A stretch of 64,000 bases of DNA from Paraphysomonas bandaiensis (taxonomy: Eukaryota > Protista > Chrysophyceae), in assembly GCA_965644295.1 (NCBI GenBank), contig CBFFRP010000419.1, forward strand, positions 62,001 through 126,000, in the 5' to 3' direction. A program made the translations under genes and the position numbers. Below, piece by piece: positions 12,497 through 27,787 of the stretch. The notes under the pieces were generated by a model. That model saw nothing but the letters and a program-made list of their open reading frames with translations, was not told where the DNA came from and searched no databases. The first letter of the stretch is position 1. Each line of letters begins with the position of its first letter.

Positions 12497-15267
12497 GATA
12501 TTGTGTTATTTTTGTCATCTTTATACCAAAATGCTACAATGAAATATGAATGCCAAATGAATTTATGTCAATGTTTTTTAAAATTCCACAAGCATTAATA
12601 TGTATATGTGACTTTCTAACGCTCATATCCCCCCGCACATTTTATGTGGTTGCTATATGCTCCAAACAGATATAAAGATATATCTCGTATGAGTTGTTAT
12701 GTTCCTTCTGATTTATCAAGAGCCATTCAAATGTAAAACAAATGTAAGTATAAACACCAAAACAAAAAAAGAGACATATATATATAGGCCATACATCACT
12801 GACGATATAATATATACAGTGTGTATACATTCCTATTCATGCCGAGTTGTACAACCGTTAGTATACATCATCTACGTCACACAGTAGCCCGGTTCTTTTA
12901 TGAGGGTTTGTTCTTCATAATTTATTTCATCTTGTTAAAATTGTCTATTAATAAAACGAAATTGCAGTTCAGAGGGTGAATATCTGTCAAAGGATTATGT
13001 GTGGTATTACCTCGACTTAATACCAAACATAAAATTTGGACTGCGTGGTTGTTTTCCAGTTCTTTCATGCGAAGTTGAAAATTTGTATTTTCGGTGGTGT
13101 GAGGAACATGTTTTTTCCATATTGTTCTTCACCTATAAAATAATACGATTCTCAGAACGATTCTTATGACCTATATGCACTATGAACTGGTTCCCCCATT
13201 TGTATGGGAAGCCATCCAACACCTATACCCCTATTATCATCTCATTTTTTCATGATGATGCCCAATGCGCACACTTCTTATACCATACCTATGGTCTCGC
13301 CTATCAGCAACACTCGAATGGAATCCAAACACGCAATTCTGTACCGTCTTAAGTGCGCGACCCCAGTTCGTGTTTGAAGCCGTCACCGCTTCCATACCCC
13401 ATCATCTCATTTTTTATATCTATGTATCCACCTATTATTCTTGCCAAAGCACGCACTTTGCTTTCCACTTTTTACTCCTAACCGTCCAACGACCCTCGTA
13501 TATTGGAAATGGATTGGAATCTATGACATGTTTCGTGCGATTCAAATCGAAATTCAAACCTTGTCCCTGGGTATTTTCAGTCCAACACCATTAGGCTACT
13601 CCAAGAAATGTAAAAAAACGGTCAATACCAAGTCGTGAATTTTTCATTGGACTCCTCTCCTTTTTTTCTTTCTCGTTACCCCAAGTATATAGATCATCAA
13701 GCCAAATTTACGTTAGCGAAATTGACAACCACTTGTGTTTGGAAAGTGTATCGACAAAACAGGGAAATCAGGTGTGAAAAATGCACAATACGCTTTTCTT
13801 TCAACATTCGATGCACTTTTTCTTCTTGTGTTATGTTCAAAAGTTGGCATTATGGGAGCTATTTGAGTTTTGATGATGTGTCAATATTGCTGAATGGTAT
13901 GCATGTTTGTATAATAAGACAATTGTTATGACAACCTACTAGGCTGCTCTGCAACGCAAAATCATTAAATTTATTAGTAGCAATTATTAATCATAAAGCA
14001 AACACAAAGCAAAGAGCATCGTCTTGATTTAGCAAGGTTATAAATAGTAATTAATTAAAACTGATAAATTGGTACTCTTAAACCTCCATGTATATACAAG
14101 CAAGTGGTTATAGCAAGCGCATAAACGTTGACAGCATGATTACACATCCAAAACACGTCTACCTGCTGAACACTGTTAAGTTCTACTGTATGATGCGATA
14201 TATATTGTGCAATTAGTGTGCAGTGTGAATTGGTGGAATCAACTCATAGATGTAACGGGTGAATAGAGTTACAAAGGAAGTAAATTCAGCTACTGATGTG
14301 TGACTATGTAAGATATAGGAGTGACTCCTATATGATAAACAGATGTTTCTGAGAATAGATGTTCACCAAATGTGACATGAAGATGTGATGTGTTGAGAGT
14401 AATAATTATAATTCCTTCTTGAAAGTATATTGTGTGAACAAAACAAGGTTAAGGCTGGCGTGTACAGCAAGATTAACTTCAGTGAAATGTCCAATACTAA
14501 TAAACGCCATAGTAAGTCTCGTTTTCACCTCAACTTGTTGTATTGCGAGTGATGACCCGTCTGATATTGAGCGTTCCTGGATCCATTGTCTTGATCTTGT
14601 AGCTTTTCCCGTCTTGGAAAAGCATTAAAAGATACTATTCATTGTTATCCGGGATATGCTGACCCTAATAGGATGCATATCATGGATATGTAGAGACACT
14701 GCTGGTGTATCTGTGTGGATAGACCATGCAGCCATGTCCATGTATGTATAGTACACTGCAGTGTAGATGACTGCATGGGATATTGTGTCCTAAATTCAAT
14801 AAAATTTAGGATATTTTTACAATAGTCACAAATAAGTGCTGTTTTCATTCCATCTTGAACCGAAAACACTTAATTTTTAGATATTCAGTATTGTGGTACG
14901 TACTCTGTACGTACGAAGTAATTCAGTGTTTTGGGTGGAAAACAGAGAGGAATAATATACAGAATTGAGACTACGACAGTCGACAGACTGTTCAAAAAAC
15001 CGCATAATTTCGGTATAATGGGTATTTTTAGACTCTTAAAATCCATGATTTTGTACATGTGATGATGTTGCAGCTCTCTAATTAAAGTCTCTTCACCGCT
15101 ATACGCACAACTTCACAGCACAGCAGTACATACATAGTAAAGCTGTACATACAGTGTCTATATATAACCATACAGAGCCTTATTAACATCATTCAATTAC
15201 CCTCCATCATATCTCTCAATCTCTTCTTATCAATCTATTCATTCAATCCACTTCATTAAGGTATCCT

Positions 15268-16209
15268 ATGCGTATCAACTCCTTTGAAATCTATCTACAG
15301 GATACACACGGTAATAAACTACCAGAAGAACACTTAGATGGTCGTTCATATGCTATTGCTACTGCTGGTGAAGAATATTCCGTGAAAATTCTTGTTCATA
15401 AAGATTCACATACGAATCACTTCATTTCCCCATATTTACGTATTGGTTTATATGTAGATGGTGTTGATGTACAGTACTGGAAACGTATCGACACCACCAT
15501 CACCACAACACCAACATTAACCAATCATATGAATTCAATTTCAACAACATTTTATGGATATAAAAAAAATAATGAAGAATTATGTGCCTTTATATTCGCA
15601 GTCCCTCGTATATGTGACCATACATCATACCAGGAGAGTATTAAGGCATCTGGTTCTATTAAAGTTGAGATTTATGAAGCAGAAATCACAGCAGGTACAT
15701 TTCATAATGTTAGTAATAAATATGAAGTACCAGGAATACAAAAATTATCATCTGATGGAAAGTTTTATATGAAACCAAGTGTGACAACAATCGCTGGACG
15801 TGATGTCAGTTCTAAGGAATCATTTATACCATTAATAAGATGGAGGAATAAGAGTTCAATTCCATTAGCTACACTTACACTTTATTATCATTCCAAAGAG
15901 ATGTTATGTTTATTGAAATCTCTGAAAGATATTAATGACATGAAGGAAGATGAAAGAAGATCGGAGGGTGGGTGTCGATCTAAAGGTGGAGTGAGTGGTA
16001 GCAGCAGGAAACGATCACGCGAAGTTGTGGACTTGTCAACAAGTGATGATGATGTACAGCAACCGCCATCACGCTCTGTGGATGACGAGGCAGCAGTAGA
16101 TTCAGTGGAAGTGGAATATGTAGAAATACCTCGAGAGGTTCAACTCCTAGATATCACCGATGATACTGCAGCAGGCCCTATAGAATCTACAATGACAAAA
16201 CCTCACTAG
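15268..16209 (+). CDS. Hypothetical protein, 313 aa
   Basis: Uninterrupted ORF with a globular beta-rich N-terminal part (LRIGLYVDGVDV, GSIKVEIYEAE) and an acidic low-complexity tail. Confidence 0.7.
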   Translation: MRINSFEIYLQDTHGNKLPEEHLDGRSYAIATAGEEYSVKILVHKDSHTNHFISPYLRIGLYVDGVDVQYWKRIDTTITTTPTLTNHMNSISTTFYGYKKNNEELCAFIFAVPRICDHTSYQESIKASGSIKVEIYEAEITAGTFHNVSNKYEVPGIQKLSSDGKFYMKPSVTTIAGRDVSSKESFIPLIRWRNKSSIPLATLTLYYHSKEMLCLLKSLKDINDMKEDERRSEGGCRSKGGVSGSSRKRSREVVDLSTSDDDVQQPPSRSVDDEAAVDSVEVEYVEIPREVQLLDITDDTAAGPIESTMTKPH

Positions 16210-16688
16210 CTTAATGAATAGTAGTTTGTGTACAAACGCACTATATTCATGATTACGAATGGAATGAGTCAATAGGGTCTCTGATGTGCGTACCATCGAT
16301 AGCTTTATGAGCAGTTCTGTGCTTTGATTTCATTGTGTCGAGTTCCTGAACATATTATAAATAATATAAAGGTAATGAATCGAAATAGTTTTTTAATTCG
16401 TGTGTTCGATTACTTCTACGACATATAGATAATTTGCAAATTTCTTGTTCTAAGCTCATAACAGATCAAGTTTTTTATCGATTGAGGTATTGCACTGTAA
16501 ATCACTCTGAAGGATCAAATCGTGATGCTATCCAATACACAATACTGTGCAATGCTATAGATTGCAAATTGGAATAGTACAAACGCACGCATGCAACAAG
16601 AAAGGCGTTAAGTCATCCAACAACATTGTAGTTTTACCTTGCCTCTTCACAACGCTAGGGTAGAAGTAAAAGAAATGAACATACAGGC

Positions 16689-17270
16689 ATGCTCCCTATC
16701 ATTGAAAAATATATTCTGGAGGAATGCTTCGATAATTGGGATATATACTGCAGTTGTTGGAAATTGTTAAATCCCCCGCCATTGACAGAAAGTGAATTAT
16801 CAAACTCCTCGCGACGCAGATATCTCTTCCAGTCTGATAACGCTTTTCGAGCTTTCCTCTATTTACCTCGTTCTGCCGATAATTTCCGCTTTTGTCCCTT
16901 TGATCATTTCAATCACCAGCTTAACAGAATACGACAGCAACGGCCCTCATATCCATGGTTCCATACTGCCATAATCAACCTAGTGAAAGCCGCATGGAAC
17001 CCAAACACGTCCCAGGTCGAGAGATACTGGACTGGTGAACTCACCGCCACACAATTAGCCAACGCCTTTGGGTACAACACCTCTACCTCCCTGTATGAAC
17101 ACCAGTTTCACCGTGGAAAAATCAATCATCACGACGCTACGTCCCCTATACAACGGAGAAATAAACATGATCCAAAACAGAGGCAGCAGATACCACACCC
17201 CTACCAATACACAGTAAACACAGACCTCGACTCCCGCACACTCCCCGATACACCGCACCCAGAGAACTGA
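16689..17270 (+). CDS. Hypothetical ORF, 193 aa; possibly a mobile-element remnant
   Basis: ATG-initiated ORF in a C-rich segment; no recognisable motif. Confidence 0.3.
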   Translation: MLPIIEKYILEECFDNWDIYCSCWKLLNPPPLTESELSNSSRRRYLFQSDNAFRAFLYLPRSADNFRFCPFDHFNHQLNRIRQQRPSYPWFHTAIINLVKAAWNPNTSQVERYWTGELTATQLANAFGYNTSTSLYEHQFHRGKINHHDATSPIQRRNKHDPKQRQQIPHPYQYTVNTDLDSRTLPDTPHPEN

Positions 17271-17996
17271 CTCAACGCCGACACTACTCCGGTTACTCCA
17301 AGCAACATCCACTCCCAGAACCAAACACCCTACTCGAACACGTACACAGACTAGGCCTGCACATCCACTCCGGAAATAACTGCTACTTGCATTAGATAGC
17401 ACCCCCAGGCACAGGAACTAGCCGAATTTCCGTAATTGATCTTAACTCTCACTTACACGCCATTCACTCCACTCCCCAAGTAACGTGCGGCACGGGAACG
17501 CCAGAAACAATGCCCAAAGGTAGACCCCCAGACTAACACCAATACAAGGGATGGTTGCACCAAGGTTCTTGCAGCAATGCACAAGCAGTCCCGAGACGGT
17601 TGAATTCTTTAGTAAATAGCGAATTGCACAGTTCATTAAACCCAAGGCTACAATACTTACGAATACTAGATACAACCGTTCTCAAGTAATAATCAGATAT
17701 TCTATATGATCATTTCAATCACAAGTCCTTTCTTTCTCAGGGTCATCATACAATTCCAGTGATATATATCTGATACATATATCTAATGAATATAGACCAA
17801 CTCGATATATATATCGCAGTTTTGAATGAGTGCCCGGATATTACTTATTAACAGAAAAAGATTTCCGCGCCATCACTACAAAAAAACGTATATACACTAC
17901 CTAAATAGCTATACATCGCATCCCAATACCCACTAACACGTATTGCTGAATAGAAGACAATACAGACTAACTTTGATGTAGCGAAACATTTACTAA

Positions 17997-20900
17997 TTAG
18001 GTGTATAACCCAGTTAGTATTTTCGCGGATACAGACAACACTTTTTCAATCCTTGCCAGTTTCTTCTCTTTTCGAATTCGTGTGGTTATTTCGCTCTCAG
18101 ATAGAGCCTGTACAAAGTTGATATTAACACAGTACCATCGAGCAAATACGAAGACGACATCGTCGCAGTTACACATGACAGCGGTACCTGAGTACAATAG
18201 TTGAGCTTGTCATCAAAGTCTGAGTTTAATGACGGATAGATTTGCATGAGTCCGTCAAACGCCTGCGAAAAACAATGAATTCATTCTATCATCAACTAGC
18301 AACCAACGCACCACTCTTCTATCGGCCGTGTCAACCATTGCTTCCAGTGTTTCATCCATACCATACTCTTTTGTTGCTCCGTGCAGGAAGACGATAGCAG
18401 GGTTGCATGCCTCGTAGCATGATATCACAACTTCCCATAAGACCGGGTTTAGAACTGCACCACGTGCAGTGAAAGCTAAATGTGTTGTGTGGCTACTATC
18501 ACGACCAGGTAGTACTGCAGGAAGCGTAAGACAAGCACCTTCCTCTCTTGACTCCGAGGATTCAGAGATTCCCTTCTTATTACCGGGGATTGCATGGACA
18601 GGAGGTACAGCTCTCTTGCTGATATAATGTAGAATAGCTTTGTGATATCTCATAAATAACGCTGGATGAGCGGCAGCAATATCACATAAAAGTATTCCAG
18701 CCCGTTCCTGCAAGCGGTCCACCTCAGACATGCTAGTTTCGTCCTCCTCCATGTGTAACTCACTCGAATCCATGGACACCATATCAGAGTCAGACTGGGG
18801 AGAACAGCGGTTCTTTGGTACCGGGGTAATGTGCTTTGAGTCTTTCAATATTTCCAACGCAGTCAAAGCAGTTGAATCGAATACACAATCACGAAATAGT
18901 GACGAAGAATCACTATTGACCTTGGTCATATTATGAACCGACTGTTTGCTCTCAGTGTCATGCGGGTAAATAGCCCCTACCATATGCATACGGCCCTCTT
19001 CAACAAGCAACAATTGGAACAGCATAAGAATATCATGTGTAATGCTGTCCTGCCATAATCGTCCATCATCAAGCTGTACCACATCATTTAAACTGGTATG
19101 CGACTTAGATGAGCGCTTCCGCTTTGATTGATTACGTTTGGTGAACTGCTTTTTCACTTCATATACCCACGCCTGTGGCAACGGTGGTCGTGACGCCGCC
19201 CACTTTCTGACCGCAAAAAGAACTTCCTGGAGCAGAAGTTACAAAAAAGAATACACCTCACGGACATACGCACTAGCAAAGGTAATTAAAAACTTACCTC
19301 TGGAAATGATGCATAAGCAACATACAAAGCCACTCGCAGATTTTTTAGGCCTCTTAATTCTGGGGCGAAAATAGAAGCTGCTATATCAGGTGAAAGTTGT
19401 CTTTCTTGTTCTTTCGTGCTATCCCAAGGAAAGTCCAGGAGCTGTGGCACTACTGCCGTGGACCACTTCACAGCAAATGATACATCTGACGGAGCTATTA
19501 CATACATACTATCCACTTGTGCTACTTCAAACTACTTACCTCGACTGACTATTTTGCACAGAAGTTGCATTAAGGAAGAGTTTCCCCGATCAGATGCCAC
19601 TCCTTCAAAATCAGGACGCATAAACAACTTTTTCGCACTGTCCAATGTCCTTCTATCATATGTATCAGAACCATCAACGTTTTCGCACCCTGTACTTATA
19701 ATATTCGTTTCGCTAAATACATCGATATCGATCGCATCAAAGTGTCGTAAGAAACAAGCAACTTCACTAAAAAATGAACGACTGATACTCATATTACATT
19801 CGCCAGAACACTTTGAATGCAATAAGACTTCCAGACATACTGTCTCAGCTAATGTACACATACCCTCCACTATACAGTGTAGTAAGTGCTGCAACATGGG
19901 AAAGTAGTGCAGAAGAAACATGTCATCTTTCTCGCAATCATCACAAAAGAGACACCACAGTTTCCTCCAGCATACAATCATATCAGCAAGGGAAGAGCAG
20001 TTAACTACCTGCTGTATGCACCGAAAACTTGCAAGGCACATCTTGCGTACAGAGTCCAACGAAACTGTATCATCCGTTGCATCAAAAATGCTACCGGGCA
20101 ATGAAGCTGCGGCGCAACATAAAGCAATGCATGAGTCTGATACACTACAATCTAGACCATTGTTCACACAACTAATAATGGTATCACTAGCAAAGAGAAT
20201 AACATCATTCGTAGCAGAAGACAGGATGCATTCTACTAAGAGGCACGGCAACAATTCTTCAAAACAATTCAGTCTCTTTGTCGGGTCATCAGCGGCGCCA
20301 CCTTCGCGTATCGACTTATACACCGCTGCTGATGCAGATAGAGCATTAAACTCTAACGAGTTCGCAATAAATTCGTTCAGCGTATCCTCACAGATTCTAC
20401 CACCAGATATGTTCCTAACATTATTTGTGCTATCACCCTCGTGTGATCTGAGTGGAACAAAAGAAGGAATCCCCATATCAACCGGCTCCGTACACAGTAC
20501 ATCCCATTCGGCACAGCGATCTTTGGTACATGACTTTAACGTAGCCCAACCATTGGCACATTTAAGAGGTACCATGCTCTCAATATCATCCACTGTCATA
20601 TGGATGTAACGAAGTAGTTCTTGGTCTAGATCACTAGCTAAAAAGTCACGCACCTTCGAACACATATCAGTCTCAAGTCGACTCAGTAGACATACGACAA
20701 AAACCAGTGACACCTCTTTCAGTAGATATGAGACTGTGTCAATTACCACTGATATAGGAAGCAATTGCACTATATCAGTACAGAGTAACCCCACCTCGCA
20801 TCTGCCCATATGTCTTACTACGTCCCGAAAAAAAGTGCCATACACATTAAGACGAGCACTATCTACCGCAGTCATAAACACTTGGTGACATACTGACAGA

Positions 20901-23900
20901 CATACAGGACCAGTCCAATCAGATAACATGTCTGAAAGTGTACCATGTACATCTCCTTCTTTAGCATTTCTGATGACACTCGCAAATACACTACCTAATA
21001 ACCTACTTGCATGAACCGATATATAGAGTTTGCCCATTCCATGCGCAATAAACAAATCCATATCACTCCGAGATAAGTCCTCCGGCATATCGGTTAACAA
21101 CACATTTCCAAAGCTACAAAATTGTTCAATACACTGTAATAAATGCGATACTAGATTTACGATGCTGTTTCGTTCAGGGGCAGAAAGAATATGAGCAGCA
21201 GAAATCATTGGAGTTTGTGATAGAACTCTGACAATTTTAGAACCAATGGTTTCATATGTGCCCGCTTCGAATACTCTTGAATTATTGCTGATATACTCCA
21301 CAATCATACATAGAGTATGAAACGAAGTTTCTACCTCCACAATGGATTTTAGCACCGCTTCAAAAAGAAACGACATCCTACGCATATCAGAGTTGCCATC
21401 TCCCGAGGAAACTAATACAAAAAATTCCATATATAGGTTGGGTGGTGTGACTGCGCTGCCCTCACATCTGAGCAGGGACGATATACTCGTCAAAGCAATA
21501 CGGGCGACAGACCTCCTCTCAACGTCAGTGTGACACATCTCACCGAAAAGTGTGCCGATGACAAACACACTTGTGTTAACCATTGACGAGTCCACTGCAG
21601 AGGGTTTATCAACACATTCGAAGAAAAATTGGGATATGTTGTTGATATCACAATCAGACAAGGGTAAGCTTTCGGTCACCAAACATGACAGCTTTTTCAA
21701 AATAGCAGCTGATAAAAGAATATCTTGCTGTTGTGATTTGCTTGTTAATAGGTCACGTATAGCGCTGCGATACTGCGTTAATACATGGGTACTAGGGCAG
21801 TCTATAGAATTCAATATCGTCGATATGACATCTTCTGAATCATTTAATATTAATCTGGGGAGAATAGATTCAATCTCGAAGCCATAAGGTAGGAGTCGGC
21901 GACGCATACTGCCAATAATAACTAGTAATATATGCAGCGCTGCAGATATCGGAATCCTGGCAAGGGTTGACGCAACATTTGCCGCAATCGCAGGCACCAA
22001 CCATCCAACCGCTTCTAAAATATCCTCCCTACCAGAAATACGGATATGAGAATCAGAACAATTCTGGCTATTTTGTCCATTATTCTGTAACCCGCCGGCA
22101 ACAGCAGCTATGAAATCAGGGTCTCGACACTCTCGTAGTCGTGTACCGAATTTGTTTTTTAAATCAATTTGCTTCACTCGGCGAATAACATCATCAGGAG
22201 GAACGCGGGAAACAGATTGCAATGGAAGAAGCAACACATCTTTCTGAGAGGGTACCCCCCATCGAGTAACGTAATAGTCGTACTCCTGCAGAGGGGTGGA
22301 GGCCAAGGCTACTTTACGTACCCCCCTCAATCGCTTTCGTACTATTCTCCGAGAATCTTCGTCACTGCTACTACTGCCTTCAGAATCACCACCAAACATG
22401 TCCTTGTAACTAAATCTCTGCACTCTACGTCGACTTGAACGCCTTACTGTATCCGCGTGGACCACTGGCTTAACAATGCTACGAGATTCTTTTTTCTGGG
22501 CCTCAGCACCACTATCCTCTGCTACGTCTGTCACGGTGTTGCCAGAAGCTGAAGTTTCGGCCTTAAGCTTCTTTGAAATGTGGGTGCTATCATCTTCACT
22601 ATCCCTAGACCGTTTTCCTGACGCATCAGGATTAACGAAGTCTTTAGCGACAGTTGACGACTTCCCAAGGTTCCTTACTCTAGGTTTGAACACCTTGTCC
22701 CACAAGGCCATCTCTTCCCGTTTGATTACCTCATCAGCAATGTATATGTTTTGTACTGTACGCATATGTCTTCTCATTTGACTGCATTTCTCTTCCAAGT
22801 GTCTAATATCCACTGTTTTATCGGCTTCAGCGATAACACCTAGTTCCACATCGAACGGTGCAGAGACCTGCATCGTATCCTTACCATTCTCTGCTCCGTT
22901 TACCAATGCAATCATCGACTCCGCATCCGCTATGGATGGCGGGTAGAAAAAGCGTTCACTCATGGACATTAACATGAGGGACTGCACTGTAGGAATGTTG
23001 TGCCACAGAAACTCTCCCAGGACTTTTGGAGATGCACACCCTATAATGTAGCATGCAACACAAACTCGCCAGTATACTTCACAAAGCCCAACGCACTCAA
23101 GTATATCTAATGTGTCTCGCGATGCATTTGCATTCTCACTTTGATTCCCTAGCATACCACTTAACGGATCCAAGTTCGGAAGTTTGCTGACTGCAGCAAT
23201 ATCATTCTCGTCGAATACACGGACTCGACATAAGCCAAACAGCTTCGTAATTATCTATCATTGTAAAAGGGTCATTAAATAAAAGACTGCTAACACTGAA
23301 AGCATACCGAAATATCATCAGCAAGAAACCCAGTAGAATCCTTATATACCGTTCTTAGGGCCTTATTTACAAAGTGTTCAATGAGGTCCACTCCACTACA
23401 CAAAAATGATACTCCATCGTATGTGCCCAACATTTTGTCTTGGTTTAATGCCGAAGCAGCAGTGAGGTTGGTTGCGTATGTGCCCATAAATGACACCTCG
23501 CTCTTTTTGTACGATGAGAGAGGCGACGAAAGAGATCCGCTGTTTGTACGACGCTGTGAATCCAGAATATAAAGTGCACTATCCAGTACTGAAATTAATA
23601 CAACACAGTCGATCAACAACACCAAACTTTTTGATGTCACAACACAGTTGTCTCTGGTTACTAAGTGCGCAACTTTGTCTAATTCGACGTTTATCTATAT
23701 ATACGTTAAGCACAAACTGAGGCATGCTATAGCGATACCCACCTTTGTCTTAGTTTTAACATTAACGCCAATTACTTGTTGCAAACAGTCAATTAATGCT
23801 GGTACATATGGCTTGCTGCTGGTATCACTTACTGACCCTTCTGTATTACGCGGAGATGAGGACAATTGCCTACCAAGTGGAGGCTGATTCGAGTCAACGC

Positions 23901-25908
23901 TATTCGAGGATCTAACTGAACGAATAAAGCTTTTAACATATACTACAAACCAACGCAAACATGCCTCTTGAACTCTAGTGCAATGAATAAAACATTCATC
24001 TTTTACCCTTTTGCGGCTAGCCGTGTCGAGCGAAGAATCGCCGGACGCGTTTGGGTCATTAGAGGTCTGTGTTGTCACCGCAGATCTTGAATTTGTATTC
24101 CTGCCACCACTTCTCCCCCCACGAAGCGATGCGGACGAGACGCCTGCAGGTTTCGATGAAGATCGTAGGAAAGCACTCGATTGACCAGTTATTCCGCCAC
24201 CTCTTCCGGTCCGACCGGCAGTGCGACCAGGTATACCACGTCCTCCACCTGTATTGCTTCCAGACGAGATATTAGATGCAACTGGCATTTCTTCAGGCTT
24301 CCGATCCATCTGTACAATAGTACTGGCATACAACAGCTGGATCGACAGTGCAATGTCAGATATCACGTTCACCACAGATAGAGAGGGCATATCAACATCC
24401 AACAGCTCTTCTTCGGGCTCCTCTTTAAGCTCAGACGTTACGTCGTCAGTATTCCACAGAAGCGCAGCAAAAAACAAACTTGGACACAAAGACCTTACTC
24501 CCAGTGCAGAGAAAACACGGATTACATCTTCATGTAATGTTTTTAGATCTAAAGATTGAATATAGATGTCGAAACTTATGATATGTCGCACCGCTTGACC
24601 AAGAATGAGAGACACATATTCATATCGCTTCCCGATACTCTGATTATCGAACTGAGTATACGGACATTCGTGTGAAGGGACATTAATTTCACTTGTATCA
24701 TGCAAAGAAGACAAAATTTGAATTAACAATTTGATTGAATCGGATGCAGAACCTCTTTTAGTCTGGTTTTCGAGGAGGTGCAAGCGCGTAACAAGGCGCG
24801 CTACCACTGTACCACGTTTGATAACAGATATCAATAATTTACGGTGAACTTCAGCTAAAGACAGTTTTAAAGACGATCGGACACCAATGAGAGCCTCTAT
24901 GACTTTATGATCACTGGCCAAGAGTCCTGAGACAGAGGGCACAATCGCTGTCTGTAGGCATGCAGACATGCTCTCAAGTAGGTGTCCAACGTGCTCCACC
25001 ATGGCAGGATTTGACAGCCAGTGTACTAGATTTTGTGCAGCTAGTAGTCGTACAGTTGGTAGGGAACAGAATGTACGGATAGTAACGATTATCTGACTCC
25101 TAACACCAACTGTCGGTATAACACCGTGGGTGGGAGGATTTTCACCAGTTATACAGTAATGTAATACTTCGTAGACCATACTAGCTGCAGATTTATGGAT
25201 CCCACAATATCTGTCAAGTACAATAGGAACTGGAGAGGTTACTAATTCTCTACGGGATGCTATGGTAGGTACGGTAGGAATCGGTGCGGTTGGGTTCTGG
25301 TCGCTCCCTTCCGCCAGTACTTCCTCTTCTCCTGCAGATGAATCTTCCTCAACATGTGAATAAGACCTCTCATCCAAAACTTGAACAGTTGACACTGGCA
25401 ATTGGTCCTCATTATATACATTCACAGTGCATGATTTTGTCCATTCTAGAAGATTTCGACAGAACTCAGCTACATCTGGAGAGTCCACCCACAGCCTACA
25501 TCCCAAAGCATCGTCTAGATACAAAGCTAATAATTCAATTGGCCATACTTTCGTATCTTTATACATTTCATATATAATATGAGCTGCAACAATAGAAAGA
25601 CAATTTGTTATTGTCAATTTCTCTTTACTTCTCTTACTATATGCTCCTATACACGAGGTTCGTAGCCATTTATACAGTGTTTTCTCTATAGAAATATCCC
25701 TAAATAACTAACGTATTATTAGAACATTAAAAACAATAGAATTGTCTAATTTTTTTACATGAATTTTGTTATATGAGAGCAATACAACGTGCTGTATGAT
25801 AGTCTCTGGCGGGGTATCAAATCTCTCGTCTAAGTGATGTATCTTTATGTTTAATAGATGAGATAGATCACTATCAGATTTAGATTTAATCTCTTCAGTG
25901 AAATTCAT
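17997..25908 (-). CDS. INTS1: Integrator complex subunit 1-like, multi-exon
   Basis: WPIELLALYLDDALGCRLWVDS matches the INTS1 motif WPE.FV..YIEDSLGER.WVDS. RLLAAQNLVHWLSNP and LWHNIPTVQSLMLMSMSERFFYPP also match INTS1 blocks. Collinear ORFs 25708-25908, 23695-25617, 23290-23640, 19532-23173, 19286-19516, 18255-19181 and 17997-18197. Confidence 0.75.
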
Positions 25909-26479
25909 TGTCTGGTTAGGTTGTTATGATGTGATCATGCTGTTTAGAAGACTTGTTTTAAACTAAGCATCTCATCGAGCCATTCCATGTATGTATGTAT
26001 ATGTATGTATGGGTATGTACAGCACTAAAGTATGTGTATACAGGTACACTATGATGTATGTACGTATTACAGTATGTAGAGTTGTGTATATGCACAGCAG
26101 AGGTACAAGAAGTATGTACTCCAGTGTATACGTGATATGTATACTGCTGTAAATACGGCCCTACAGTGTATATGGTGTTCGTAGTGTGTAGAGTGTGTAT
26201 GGTGTCTGTGTATAGTGCTATGTATGGGTACGTGAGTGCACTGCAGCACACACATAGAGACATCCATATATCACACTACGGTATACATGCATACAAATGC
26301 TACATACAGCAGCATATACATACACATACATATACATACATACACATACATACACATCTCCATGCATACACATGCATATATATACATGGTTCCTGCAATA
26401 TTGCTCCTCCCTCTCAATCCATTACATTACCACACCACCACATACACCCACCGGGTTCATATATCATTATATATCAATC

Positions 26480-27233
26480 ATGGAGGTTGCTCCATCTCAA
26501 ACTCTTTATATTAATAATATAAACGAGAAGATTAAGAAGAATGTACTTAAGAGAATGCTCTATGCATTATTTTCACAATACGGGAAGGTTATAGAGATTG
26601 TTGCATGCAAAGGGATTAAACTACGAGGACAAGTATGTACATCTGATTGTATTTTTGTGATATCCTCATGTTTTTTTAGGCATGGGTGGTTTATCAGGAA
26701 ATCACATCAGCTACAACTGCTCTACGAAGACTTCAAGGGTTTAATTTCTATGACAAGCCATTGGTATGCATATTATTTACTATCATATGACTGGTACTGA
26801 TATTGTATCTATACAGCGTATCGCATTCGCTAAGCAGAAGTCTGATATAGTAGCCAAAAAGGATGGCACATTCCAGCCTAGGCAAAAACGCCAGCGCGAG
26901 GAGCCAACTCCCATGGAAGTCGGTGATAACGATGCCCCTAAGTCTGCACCAGCGGTCCAAGCGGCACCCAAACAACCCAAACCTGTTGTTAATAACGTCC
27001 CCCACCGTATTCTCTTCGCTCAGAACCTCCCAGAAGAGTGCAATGATCAGATGCTGACGATGCTCTTCCAGCAATACCCGGGCTTCCAGGAGGTCCGCAT
27101 GGCCCCTGGAAACAAGGGCATCGCCTTTATCGAATTCCAGGACGTCGTACAGGCTGGAATTGCCTTGCAACAACTGAATGGTTTCCAACTTACCACCACA
27201 GATACATTGCACTTGACGTATGGAAAACAGTAA
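26480..27233 (+). CDS. U1A/U2B''/SNF family snRNP protein (two RRM domains), 3 exons
   Basis: [25 protein letters not shown]...KLRGQ|AWVV, then [11 protein letters not shown]|[10 protein letters not shown]. Second [14 protein letters not shown]...IAFIEF. Two short GT-AG introns. Confidence 0.92.
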
Positions 27234-27506
27234 ATTTAATTCTTGTTGGAATGTGCATCTTCTATGGTGAAATCGAAATTGGATTGGTGCTAAGCCGTGG
27301 GTCATAGTACCCATGTTAGTTCGTACTAGGTCATTTAACTCAATGGGGGTAGATATTCCGGTAGGCAAATGCTAAATCTTGTGGTAACAAAGTAATTCAC
27401 TGGACTTTATTTATGCAAGTGTTGTGTTTTTTACGTTTTTACACGCCCCAAGTTGATGGCGCGGATGTCTGTTGAGTCAAGCAATTTACAACGTACACAT
27501 ATAGCA

Positions 27507-27742
27507 ATCACTTCACTCAACATGAAAATAAGTAGTTATGTAAATAGTCGCCACGTAGCGTTCGGCAGATTGAGGTCAATTAACAATTCACTTGACAAGG
27601 TGAAGGCAGTTACATATTACATTTATCACTTCGCTCAGCATGAAAATAAGTAGTTATGTATATAGTCGCCACGTAGCGTTCGGCAGATTGAGGTCAATTA
27701 ACAATTCACTTGACAAGGTGAAGGCAGTTACATTTTTACATT
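27507..27742 (+). repeat. Direct tandem duplication, 118-bp period
   Basis: CATGAAAATAAGTAGTTATGTA...GAAGGCAGTTACAT starts at 27521 and again at 27639. Confidence 0.9.
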
Positions 27743-27787
27743 TCAACAAGGTTGAATAATTGGGAAATTAACACCGTGAGTTGAGAC

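Noticed and set aside
12900-13950. Possible decayed transposase on the minus strand
   Set aside because: Multiple stops and no motif I can assign to a family.
25958-26522. H/T/Y/I-rich ORFs (similar ones at 48034-48439 and 52351-52747)
   Set aside because: Translations of CATA/TATG microsatellite-rich intergenic DNA.
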